Below, one piece after another: positions 1 to 8,133 of a stretch of 64,000 nucleotides of DNA (the stretch's first letter is position 1; the number at the start of each line of letters is the position of its first letter). The translations under genes were made by a program, and so were the position numbers. The notes beneath the pieces were generated by a model. It worked only from the letters and a program-made list of their open reading frames with translations, did not search any database and was not told the DNA's origin. This stretch comes from an uncultured delta proteobacterium (GTDB lineage Bacteria; Myxococcota_A; UBA9160; SMWR01). The stretch lies in the NCBI GenBank assembly GCA_963832165.1, contig CAWHTE010000004.1:544001-608000 (forward strand), written 5' to 3'.

Positions 1-24
1 CTTTGCTCGCTCCTCCCGCCCTAC
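1..24 (-). repeat. GTAG-family REP-like element (partial), overlapping the TetR 3' end
   Basis: Minus strand reads GTAGGGCGGGAGGAGCGAGCAAAG, the same head as copies at 19199, 19276 and 60213. Confidence 0.7.
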
Positions 25-613
25 GAGCGCGGATCCCGTCGAGCGCGAGGCGCACGATCGCGGGCACGATCTTCGCGCTCGGCTTCACGCGCGAGAAGAA
101 CAGGCGCACCGTGATCGGTCCGACGATCAGGTCGGCCGCAAGGCTCAGATCGGTGTCGGGGGGGATCTCGCCGCGCGCGACTCCGCGCTCGAGCGCGTGG
201 ATGAGCGGCTGGCGCCGCGAGAGCACCACCGGTGCGAAGAGCTCCATGAGCTCGGGGTTGTGCGGCAGCTCGCCCGCGAGGCTCGGGATCACGGCGCCGA
301 GCGGCGACGACACGAACACCTCGAGGTAGCTGCGCAGCATGCGCTCGAGGTCGGTGACCAGATCGCCGGTGTCGGACTCCTCGAGCCCGGGCAGCTCGCG
401 GAAGGCTTCGATCACGAGCGGCAGCTTCGAGGCCCAGCGGCGGTAGATGGTCGCCTTGCCGACGCCCGCGCGGCTCGCGATCCCCTCGACGGTGAGTCCC
501 GAGTAACCCACCTCGACCAGCAGCTCGAGCGCGGCGTCGAGGATCGCGCGGTGCGCCTCCTCGCTGCGCGGACGCCCCGCGCTGGTCGCGGCCGTCGTGG
601 TCTGTGAGCTCAA
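1..613 (-). CDS. TetR/AcrR family transcriptional regulator (3' end runs off the window)
   Basis: Manual translation from TTG at 613: MSSQTTTAATSAGRPRSEEAHRAILDAALELLVEVGYSGLTVEGIASRAGVGKATIYRRW, a classic TetR HTH. No stop before position 1, so it is absent from the ORF track. Confidence 0.9.
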   Translation of the reverse strand, partial: MSSQTTTAATSAGRPRSEEAHRAILDAALELLVEVGYSGLTVEGIASRAGVGKATIYRRWASKLPLVIEAFRELPGLEESDTGDLVTDLERMLRSYLEVFVSSPLGAVIPSLAGELPHNPELMELFAPVVLSRRQPLIHALERGVARGEIPPDTDLSLAADLIVGPITVRLFFSRVKPSAKIVPAIVRLALDGIRARRAGGASK

Positions 614-628
614 GGGCCACCTCGATTC

Positions 629-645
629 CGATACTGTACGTCTCG
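629..645. promoter_or_regulatory. Putative TetR autoregulatory operator
   Basis: Imperfect inverted repeat CGATAC-tgtac-GTCTCG 15 nt upstream of the TetR start, overlapping a minus-strand TACAGT -10-like hexamer. Confidence 0.45.
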
Positions 646-735
646 TTATTGAATTCGTCATCTGGCCGTCGTCTGGACACCGCCCGACCGCCCCTGCATG
701 CTCGCGCGCGCCCGCCTGCGGGCCGGGGGGAGGCG

Positions 736-1722
736 ATGAGCGACCGCAGCCGAGATCTCGCGACGGCGATCGCAGCGGTGCGCTCGGCCGCGCGCGCCTG
801 CCGCGCGGTGCAGGAGCGCCTGGTGCGGCCCGAGGCGCTCGAGAAGGGCGACAAGAGCCCCGTGACGGTCGCGGACTTCGCGTCGCAGGCGATCATCTGC
901 GCCGAGCTCGAGCGCGCGTTGCCGCGCGATCCGGTCGTCGGCGAAGAGGACGCGGATGCGCTGCGCCACCAGGCGCCGCTGCTCCAGGCCGTGGTCGAGC
1001 GCGTGGGCGAGCAGCGCGACGCCGCAGTGAGCGCGGAGCAGGTGATCGCGTGGATCGATCGCGGCACCGCGGGCGCGAACCCCGAGCGGTTCTGGACGCT
1101 CGATCCGATCGACGGCACGAAGGGCTTCCTGCGCCGCGAGCAGTACGCGATCGCGCTCGCGCTGATCGAGAAGGGCCGCGTCGAGATCGGCGTGCTCGGC
1201 TGCCCGAACCTGCCGCTCGATGGCGGTCTCGGCGCGCTGTTCACCGCGGTGCGAGGCGACGCGACGCGCATGCAGGATCTCTGGGATCCGAATGCGAGCG
1301 CGCGCCCGGTCGCCGTGGCGAAGCTCGAGCGCGCCGAGCAGGCGCGCTTCTGCGAGTCGGTCGAGTCGGGCCACTCGGATCAGGACGAGTCGGCGCGGAT
1401 CGCCGAGATCCTCGGCATCGAGAGCGAGCCGTTCCGGATCGACAGCCAGTGCAAGTACGCGGCGGTCGCGCGCAACGACGCATCGATCTATCTGCGCCTG
1501 CCCACGCGCGCCGACTATCAGGAGAAGATCTGGGACCACGCCGCGGGCAGCCTCGTGGTCGAGTGCGCGGGCGGCCGCGTCACCGACGCGGACGGCGCGC
1601 CGCTCGACTTCACGCAGGGCACCACGCTCGCGCGCAACCGCGGCATCGTGGCGACCTGCGGGACGATCCACGACGAGGTGATCGCCGCGGTCCGGCGAGC
1701 GCGGGATGGGCTCGCCAGCTAG
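736..1722 (+). CDS. 3'(2'),5'-bisphosphate nucleotidase, HAL2/SAL1-like (inositol monophosphatase superfamily)
   Basis: Motifs KGDKSPVTVADFASQA, GEED, WTLDPIDGTKGF, DSQCKY, YQEKIWDHAAG; GGAGG RBS before ATG 736. Confidence 0.9.
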   Translation: MSDRSRDLATAIAAVRSAARACRAVQERLVRPEALEKGDKSPVTVADFASQAIICAELERALPRDPVVGEEDADALRHQAPLLQAVVERVGEQRDAAVSAEQVIAWIDRGTAGANPERFWTLDPIDGTKGFLRREQYAIALALIEKGRVEIGVLGCPNLPLDGGLGALFTAVRGDATRMQDLWDPNASARPVAVAKLERAEQARFCESVESGHSDQDESARIAEILGIESEPFRIDSQCKYAAVARNDASIYLRLPTRADYQEKIWDHAAGSLVVECAGGRVTDADGAPLDFTQGTTLARNRGIVATCGTIHDEVIAAVRRARDGLAS

Positions 1723-1763
1723 AGCCCGGGCGCGATCTCCGACGGCACGCTATCCAGCTCGAA

Positions 1764-3485
1764 GTGTCGCATAGCGTAAGCCTGATCACGACGATCTCCG
1801 CCGCGCTCGGCCTCGCGCTCGTGTTCGGCGTGGTCGCCGTGCGGCTGAAGCTGCCGGCGCTGGTCGGTTACCTGATCGCCGGGATCGCGATCGGGCCGGC
1901 GACGCCGGGCTTCGTGGCCGATCTCGAGCTCTCGCGTCAGCTCGCCGAGATCGGCGTGATGCTGTTGATGTTCGGCGTCGGCCTGCACTTCTCGTTCGAA
2001 GATCTGCTCGAGGTGCGCGGCATTGCCGTGCCAGGCGCGATCGCCCAGATCGCGGTCGCCACGCTGCTCGCGATCGCGCTGACCTCGCTGTGGGGCTGGA
2101 GTGTGGGCGCCGGCGTCGTGTTCGGCCTCGCGCTCTCGGTGGCGAGCACGGTCGTGCTGATCCGCGCGCTCGAGAGCCGCGGTCTGCTCGACTCGGTCAA
2201 CGGCCGCATCGCCGTCGGCTGGCTGGTCGTCCAGGACCTGGTCATGGTGCTCGCGCTGGTGCTGCTGCCGCCGCTGGCCGGATGGCTCGGCGGTGCGGAT
2301 GGCGGTGCGTCGGCGCCGGCGGCGGGCGGGGATCTCGCCCGGGCGCTCGCGCTCACGTTGGCGAAGGTGTCGCTGTTCGTCGCGCTGATGTTCGTCGTCG
2401 GACGGCGCGTCTTCCCGTGGGTCTTGTGGCAGGTCGCGCGCACCGGGTCGCGCGAGCTGTTCACGCTGTGCGTCGTCGCGGCGGCCGTCGTCATCGCGTA
2501 CGGCTCGGCCGAGCTGTTCGGCGTTTCGTTCGCGATTGGAGCGTTCTTCGCGGGCATGCTCATGCGCGAATCCGCGCTGGGCCATCGAGCCGCGCGGGAG
2601 TCGTTGCCGCTGCGGGAAGCGTTCTCGGTGCTGTTCTTCGTCTCGGTCGGGATGCTGTTCGAACCACAGATCCTGATCGATGAGCCGCTGCGGGTGCTCG
2701 CGGTTCTCGCAACGATCATGCTCGGCAACGCGCTGCCGGCGTTCTTCCTGGTGCTCGCGTTCCGCTATCCGCTCAACACCGCGCTCACGGTATCGGCGAG
2801 CCTGGCGCAGATCGGCGAGTTCTCGTTCATCCTCGCCGGCCTCGGCGTATCGCTGGGTCTCATGCCTCCCGAGGGGCAGAGCCTGATCCTGGCCGGCGCG
2901 ATCTTCTCGATCTCGCTCAATCCGCTGTTGTTCCAGGCGATCAAGCCCGCGCTGGCCTGGGTCCGGTCGCGTTCTGCGATGGCTCGGAGCCTCGAGCACT
3001 CCACGGATCCGCTCGCGGCGCTTCCAAGCACTGTCGATCCAGTGCAGCTGACGGGGCACGTGGTGATCGTCGGGCACGGCCGCGTCGGCCGCAGGATCGG
3101 CGCTGCGCTCCGCGATGCAGGCATGACGATCGTCGTGGTCGAGCAGAACCGCGAGATCGTGGAGCACCTGCGCGAACGCGGTATCCACGCGGTGTCCGGT
3201 GACGCCGCTGGCGACCCCAACGTCCTGGCGCAGGCGCACGTCGCGCGAGCCCGCGTGCTCGTGATCGCGACTCCGGAACCCGTCGGTGTGCGGAGAATGA
3301 TCGAGATCGCTCGCGCGCTCCAGCCCGATATCGAGATCGCGGTGCGCACGCACAGCGAGCAGGAAGCGGAGTTCCTGAATCGGGAGAGAGTCGGCCGGGT
3401 GTTCATGGGCGAGCACGAGCTCGCGCTCGGCATGACCCGCTACGTGCTCGAACGGACCGCCCCGGCAAGCCGCGCGGCAGGTTAG
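1764..3485 (+). CDS. ybaL: CPA2 cation:proton antiporter, YbaL/RosB family, with C-terminal TrkA-N domain
   Basis: LAEIGVMLLMFGVGLHFS, LSVASTVVL, LAQIGEFSFIL, many TM segments, C-terminal GHGRVG. Confidence 0.9.
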   Translation: MSHSVSLITTISAALGLALVFGVVAVRLKLPALVGYLIAGIAIGPATPGFVADLELSRQLAEIGVMLLMFGVGLHFSFEDLLEVRGIAVPGAIAQIAVATLLAIALTSLWGWSVGAGVVFGLALSVASTVVLIRALESRGLLDSVNGRIAVGWLVVQDLVMVLALVLLPPLAGWLGGADGGASAPAAGGDLARALALTLAKVSLFVALMFVVGRRVFPWVLWQVARTGSRELFTLCVVAAAVVIAYGSAELFGVSFAIGAFFAGMLMRESALGHRAARESLPLREAFSVLFFVSVGMLFEPQILIDEPLRVLAVLATIMLGNALPAFFLVLAFRYPLNTALTVSASLAQIGEFSFILAGLGVSLGLMPPEGQSLILAGAIFSISLNPLLFQAIKPALAWVRSRSAMARSLEHSTDPLAALPSTVDPVQLTGHVVIVGHGRVGRRIGAALRDAGMTIVVVEQNREIVEHLRERGIHAVSGDAAGDPNVLAQAHVARARVLVIATPEPVGVRRMIEIARALQPDIEIAVRTHSEQEAEFLNRERVGRVFMGEHELALGMTRYVLERTAPASRAAG

Positions 3486-5002
3486 TTTCCGGGCGCGGTC
3501 GAAGTCTGCGCGGGAGCAGGCGCCTGCGCTGGTGCCGGCTGGTAGGGCTCCTTCACCGCGATCTTGATGCGCTGGTTCGGCGCAAGCGCCTCGTGCGCGA
3601 ACACGCCGTTGGCGACCGAGGTGAAGGTGAGGTCCCACACGTTGTGGGTGCGCGCGGAGAGCTCGGTGAGCGTCTCGCCCGGCAGCGCGCGCGCGGTGCG
3701 CATGTGTTCCTCTTCGATCGAGGCGGTCTCTTCCGGCGTGATGCGGCGGAAGCTCTGCGCGAACTTGCGGAACAGGCCCTGATACTTGGTGAGCTGCCCC
3801 GCGCGCATGCCGCCGAGCAGCCGGTAGATGCGGTTTTCGAACGCGATCCAGGTGATCTCGGCGTTGAGCGGGCCGAACGCGGTCGGGACGATCGCAAGCG
3901 CGCGAAACGCGGGCAGGTCGCCGAGGTGGAGCGGCGTGCCGTGCTCGAGCGGCAACGCCTCTTGCTCGGCGTACTCGCGCGCGGCCGCGATCGGGTCGCC
4001 GCCGGGCCCCTGGAGCTCGAGCAGCACCACGCCGTCGCGCTTGGGCGCGATCGCCATCACGCGTGCGGGTTCGTTGCTGGTCTCCCAGCCGTACGGAAAC
4101 CGCAGCGAGAAGCCGAGATCGGCGTGGAAGAAGCGGTCCTCGACGAACACGCCCTCGCTCGCGGGCCGGCTCACCGACATGCCCTCGATCTTGTCGAGAT
4201 AGGCGTCGCGCGCGTCCTGATAGGGCACGGTCGCACCCGAGCCGCTCTTCCAGGCTTCGGTCTGTGCGCGCGCGACCGCCTCCGCCATGCGCTCGCGCGT
4301 GGCGGGGTGGGTCGACCAGTAGGTCTGCGGCATCGAGAAGCCCTGATTGAGCTTGGTGTAGTTGTCGAGCGCGGTCATGAAGCGCGCCATGCCGCCCGGA
4401 TCGATCCCGCTCTGTGTGGCGATCTGGAGTCCGATCGAGTCGGCCTGACGCTCCTGAGCGCGCGCATAGCGTGCGAACGGATTGCTGCCCGCGGTCTCGG
4501 AGCTGTGAATCTCCTCCTCGCTACCCGAAAGGATGTCGCCGAGCAACGTCGCGAGTCCGAGCGTCTTGACGTGGGCGTCGAGCTTCGCCGCGTGGCGCGC
4601 CGCGACGTGACCGATCTCGTGGCCGAGCACGTGCGCGATCTCGGCCTCGGTGTTCGCGAGCAGCAGGAGGCCGCGCGACACGTAGATGTGGCCGCCCGGC
4701 AGCGCGAACGCGTTGGGCTCGTCCATCTCGACGATCTGGAACGAGTACTTGACGTCCTGGCGCGGCGAATGCTCGGCGAGCGCGTGGCCGACCGATTCGA
4801 CGTAGCGATTCAGCTCCGGATCCTGCGCGAGGCCCACGGTGGCCTCGATCTCGAGCGTCGCCTGTTCATCGATCAGCTGCTCGTCCTCGGTGCTCATGAG
4901 CACCACCTCGCGGCGGCCCGTGGCGGGATTGACCGAGGAGGTGCAGCCGAGCACGAGCGCGAGCACGAGCCCGCTCGAGAGCGCGGAGGAATTCGGGGGC
5001 AT
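3482..5002 (-). CDS. M48 family zinc metalloprotease, lipoprotein, with C-terminal LysM-like tail
   Basis: Lipobox LVLGC; NAFALPGG, HEIGH, ERQAD, STHP. Confidence 0.88.
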   Translation of the reverse strand: MPPNSSALSSGLVLALVLGCTSSVNPATGRREVVLMSTEDEQLIDEQATLEIEATVGLAQDPELNRYVESVGHALAEHSPRQDVKYSFQIVEMDEPNAFALPGGHIYVSRGLLLLANTEAEIAHVLGHEIGHVAARHAAKLDAHVKTLGLATLLGDILSGSEEEIHSSETAGSNPFARYARAQERQADSIGLQIATQSGIDPGGMARFMTALDNYTKLNQGFSMPQTYWSTHPATRERMAEAVARAQTEAWKSGSGATVPYQDARDAYLDKIEGMSVSRPASEGVFVEDRFFHADLGFSLRFPYGWETSNEPARVMAIAPKRDGVVLLELQGPGGDPIAAAREYAEQEALPLEHGTPLHLGDLPAFRALAIVPTAFGPLNAEITWIAFENRIYRLLGGMRAGQLTKYQGLFRKFAQSFRRITPEETASIEEEHMRTARALPGETLTELSARTHNVWDLTFTSVANGVFAHEALAPNQRIKIAVKEPYQPAPAQAPAPAQTSTAPGN

Positions 5003-5014
5003 CGCCCCTGGATG

Positions 5015-5902
5015 CTAGCGAGAGCCGCGCGTGCGGCCGAGCAGCGCCACGCCGAGCGCGCCCGCGGCGAGCAGCACGAGCTGGCCGGGCTCCGGCGCGA
5101 AGTTGATCGTGATGCGGGTGATCTGGCCGCTGGGACTGTTGTTCCCGCCGCAGCCCGAGCACGTGGTCTGGATTCCGCTCACGAGCTGCAGCGTCCCGCC
5201 CATGCCCATCGTCGTCTGGTCGAGCGTGGTGCCGATCTTTCCGAGCGGGCCTTTCGCGGTGCCGGCGCTCATGAGCGTCATGATGGCGCCCATGGCGTCG
5301 CGGTAGCTCACCGTCGTCGTGTTCACGGTCCAGGGATTGCCCATCACCGTGACCTTGGTGAGGCCCTGCTTCGTGCCCGACATGCCCGTGGCCATGAACG
5401 TGCCGCCGACGCCGGGGCCGATCGCGACGCCCATGTTGGTCTGGTCGAGCTTCACGGCCACCGAGGCGCCGCACGTGAAGAGATTGCACAGCACGATCGT
5501 GCCGGCGGCAGGCAGCGTGCTGCGCGTGAGCACGCCGCCTTTCGCTGCGGCCTGGATCGGTGCGAAGACGCCCGGTGCGCCCTTCGGGCCCGCAAGTACG
5601 GGATGGATCCGGACGTTCTCGAACTGGATCAAGTCGATGCCGACCTCCCCGGGCGTCCGGCTGATCGTCTCGTTGATCTTGGCGAACGCGCGCGTGAGCT
5701 CGAGCGTGTTGAGCGAGGGTCCACCCGCGGCTTTGTTCGCCACCGCGACGCCGGTGCCCGATGCCTCGACCTGCTTGATCACGCCGTTGTGGGAGAACCG
5801 GATCGTGTGCGTGCCCGAGAACAGCAGCTTGTCCGCGTTCGCGGCACCGGCGATCGCGAGCGCGAGTACCGTGAACCCCGCCAACCGGAAGATGTCGGGC
5901 AT
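5015..5902 (-). CDS. PEP-CTERM-type sorting domain surface protein
   Basis: Signal peptide (LALAIAGAANA), Gly/Thr-rich body, C-terminal APEPGQLVLLAAGALGVALLGRTRGSR. Confidence 0.8.
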   Translation of the reverse strand: MPDIFRLAGFTVLALAIAGAANADKLLFSGTHTIRFSHNGVIKQVEASGTGVAVANKAAGGPSLNTLELTRAFAKINETISRTPGEVGIDLIQFENVRIHPVLAGPKGAPGVFAPIQAAAKGGVLTRSTLPAAGTIVLCNLFTCGASVAVKLDQTNMGVAIGPGVGGTFMATGMSGTKQGLTKVTVMGNPWTVNTTTVSYRDAMGAIMTLMSAGTAKGPLGKIGTTLDQTTMGMGGTLQLVSGIQTTCSGCGGNNSPSGQITRITINFAPEPGQLVLLAAGALGVALLGRTRGSR

Positions 5903-5967
5903 GGCTTGCAGTGTGCCCTTGGAACTTGCCGGAATCAATGGAACTATTGGCGACGAGGAGCATTGCC

Positions 5968-7503
5968 ATGGCCATTTACGAGCCGATCGAGCCGCGCGGC
6001 CCCCGCCGCCGCTACATCCTGCGCTCGCCCGTCGACCTCGAGCCGATCGGGGAGCTCGAGTGCGCGACCCAGAGCGACGTCGCGGCCGCGCTCGAGCGCG
6101 CGCGCAAGGCGCAGCCGGCCTGGGCCGCGGTGCCGATCGCCGAACGCGCGGCGCTGCTGCGCCGCGTGCTCGCTCGCGTGCTCGAAGATCACGAGCGCAT
6201 CACGCGCACGGTGATCCGCGAGACCGGCAAGACCGAGACCGAGGCCTTCGCCATGGAGGTATTCGCGACCTGCGACTCGCTGAACTACTACGCGAAGAAC
6301 GCCGAGCGCTTCCTGCGGCCCGAGAAGCGCCGGATCCACGGCATGCTCGGCCTGGTCAAGCAGCTGCGCTGCGTCTACAAGCCGCTCGGCGTCGTCGGCA
6401 TCATCGTGCCCTGGAATGGCCCGTTCGTGCTCGCGATGAACCAGGCCGCGCAGGCGATCGTGGCGGGCAATGCGGTGCTGCTCAAGGGATCCGAGGTCAC
6501 GCCGTACTCGAGCGCGCTGGCCGGCGAGTTCTTCGCGGAGGCGGGGCTGCCCGAGGGCGTGCTCGAGATCGTGATGGGCGACGGCCAGACCGGCGCCGAT
6601 CTCGTGAGCGCGGGCGTGAACAAGATCTCGTTCACGGGCAGCGTCGCGACCGGGCGCAAGGTCGCCGAGGCGTGTGGTCGCCAGCTGATTCCCGTGACGC
6701 TCGAGCTCGGCGGCAAGGACGCGATGATCGTCTGCGCCGACGCCGATCTCGACCGCGCCGCCGCGGGTGCGCTGATCGGCTCGTGCATGAACACGGGCCA
6801 GTACTGCTGCGGAACCGAGCGCATCTACGCGGTGAGCGAAGTCTACGACGCGTTCGTCGAGAAGGTCGTCGCGGGTGCGTGTTCTCTGCGTCAGACCGAC
6901 CGCGGCGAGTCCGACATCGGCGCGATCTTCTGGGACCGCCAGCTCGACATCATCGATGCGCACGTGAAGGATGCGGTGGCGAAGGGCGCGCGCGTGCGCG
7001 TGGGCGGGCGCAAGAACCCGAAGCTCAAGGGCCTCTACTACGAGCCCACCGTGCTCACGGACGTCACGCACGGTATGGACGTGATGACGCAGGAGACGTT
7101 CGGCCCGATCGTGTCGATCATGCGCGTGTCGGACGAGGAAGAGGCGCTCCAGCTCGCGAACGACTCGCCCTACGGACTCAACGGCAACGTCTGGACGCGC
7201 GACAAGGAGAAGGGCTTCCAGATCGCCGAGCGCATGGAGACGGGTGGCGTCTGCATCAACGACATGGCGCTCACCTACGGCGTGCCCGAGGCGCCGTTCG
7301 GCGGCGTGAAGGAATCCGGCGTCGGGCAGGTGAACGGGCTGGTCGGCCTGCGCGGCTACACCCATCTGCACCCGATGCTCGTCGATCGGTTCGGCGGCAA
7401 GAAGGTGCAGGGCGGCTACCCGTACTCGATCAAAGAGCTCGAGGGGATGAAGAAGTTCGCGAAGCTCCTGTTCGGGACGCGGCTCGGGCGCTGGCTGGGT
7501 TGA
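5968..7503 (+). CDS. NAD(P)-dependent aldehyde dehydrogenase
   Basis: PWN, FTGS, LELGGKD, catalytic GQYC, ETFGP, PFGGVKESG; GAGGAG RBS. Confidence 0.95.
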   Translation: MAIYEPIEPRGPRRRYILRSPVDLEPIGELECATQSDVAAALERARKAQPAWAAVPIAERAALLRRVLARVLEDHERITRTVIRETGKTETEAFAMEVFATCDSLNYYAKNAERFLRPEKRRIHGMLGLVKQLRCVYKPLGVVGIIVPWNGPFVLAMNQAAQAIVAGNAVLLKGSEVTPYSSALAGEFFAEAGLPEGVLEIVMGDGQTGADLVSAGVNKISFTGSVATGRKVAEACGRQLIPVTLELGGKDAMIVCADADLDRAAAGALIGSCMNTGQYCCGTERIYAVSEVYDAFVEKVVAGACSLRQTDRGESDIGAIFWDRQLDIIDAHVKDAVAKGARVRVGGRKNPKLKGLYYEPTVLTDVTHGMDVMTQETFGPIVSIMRVSDEEEALQLANDSPYGLNGNVWTRDKEKGFQIAERMETGGVCINDMALTYGVPEAPFGGVKESGVGQVNGLVGLRGYTHLHPMLVDRFGGKKVQGGYPYSIKELEGMKKFAKLLFGTRLGRWLG

Positions 7504-7504
7504 A

Positions 7505-7534
7505 GGCGGATTACGCTTCGCTAATCCGCCCTAC
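7505..7534 (-). repeat. GTAG-family REP palindrome
   Basis: Minus strand GTAG-GGCGGATTA-GCGAAGCG-TAATCCGCC: a 9-bp stem after the GTAG tetranucleotide. Confidence 0.8.
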
Positions 7535-7535
7535 G

Positions 7536-8093
7536 ATGCTCGTTGTTCCCGACGCGCCCGCGGCGCTCGCGCTCGACGTCGCACAGCGCTGGAACGGGGC
7601 GCCGCTGGCGGGCCTGCGCGCGCGCGTGCTGCTGTCGGCGGAGCCCGATGCGCTCTGGGTCGAGGCGAGCATGGCGCACCAGCACGCGCCTCGGATTCCC
7701 GACGCGTCGCGCGGGGCGCGCGTGGAGGGGCTCTGGGAGTACGACGTGGTCGAGTGCTTCGTGGCGGGCGCCGACGGCCGCTACCTCGAGCTCGAGCTCG
7801 GCGCGGGCGGGCACTACCTCGCGCTCGCGTTCGATGCGCCGCGCCGTCGCGTCCGCGATTTCGCGGACGAGTCGCTGAGCGTGGAGTGGCAGAGCGATGC
7901 GGAGACCTGGCGCGCGCGCTGCCGCGTTCCGCGCGCATGGTTCTCCGAGCCGGTCGTGCGCGCGAATGCGTTCGCGATCGCGGGCGGCGAGTTCGCGGTG
8001 TACATGCCCACGGGCGGTCCCAGGCCCGACTTCCACCGCCCGCACGCGTTTCCGGAAGTTCGAGTGCCTAACTGGGAGAAATCGTCGCGCTGA
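7536..8093 (+). CDS. UPF0462/C4orf33-like (DOMON/CBM9-like) hypothetical protein
   Basis: WNG..LWEYDVVECF..YLELELGAGGHYL..W...VP..WF..NAFAI.G..PDFH, colinear with motifs recalled from C4orf33. Confidence 0.65.
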   Translation: MLVVPDAPAALALDVAQRWNGAPLAGLRARVLLSAEPDALWVEASMAHQHAPRIPDASRGARVEGLWEYDVVECFVAGADGRYLELELGAGGHYLALAFDAPRRRVRDFADESLSVEWQSDAETWRARCRVPRAWFSEPVVRANAFAIAGGEFAVYMPTGGPRPDFHRPHAFPEVRVPNWEKSSR

Positions 8094-8103
8094 GCCGAGC
8101 CCG

Positions 8104-8109
8104 TATAAT
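8104..8109 (+). promoter_or_regulatory. sigma70-type -10 box for the CocE/NonD gene
   Basis: Perfect TATAAT in GC-rich DNA, followed by GGAAGGAG RBS and ATG 8134. Confidence 0.55.
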
Positions 8110-8133
8110 GCGCCGTCACCGGAAGGAGCTCCC

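Noticed and set aside
597..3485. Apparent 962-aa antiporter fusion, and similar long N-terminal extensions on GH3, LLM, metK, ispD, uvrB and TolC ORFs
   Set aside because: The extensions are off-frame read-through of neighbouring genes; true starts were set from motifs, RBSs and gene overlaps.
5904..5918. GG-N10-GC sigma54-like site before the PEP-CTERM gene (minus strand)
   Set aside because: Lacks the TTGC core and lies too close to the ATG; a -10-like CACACT fits better.
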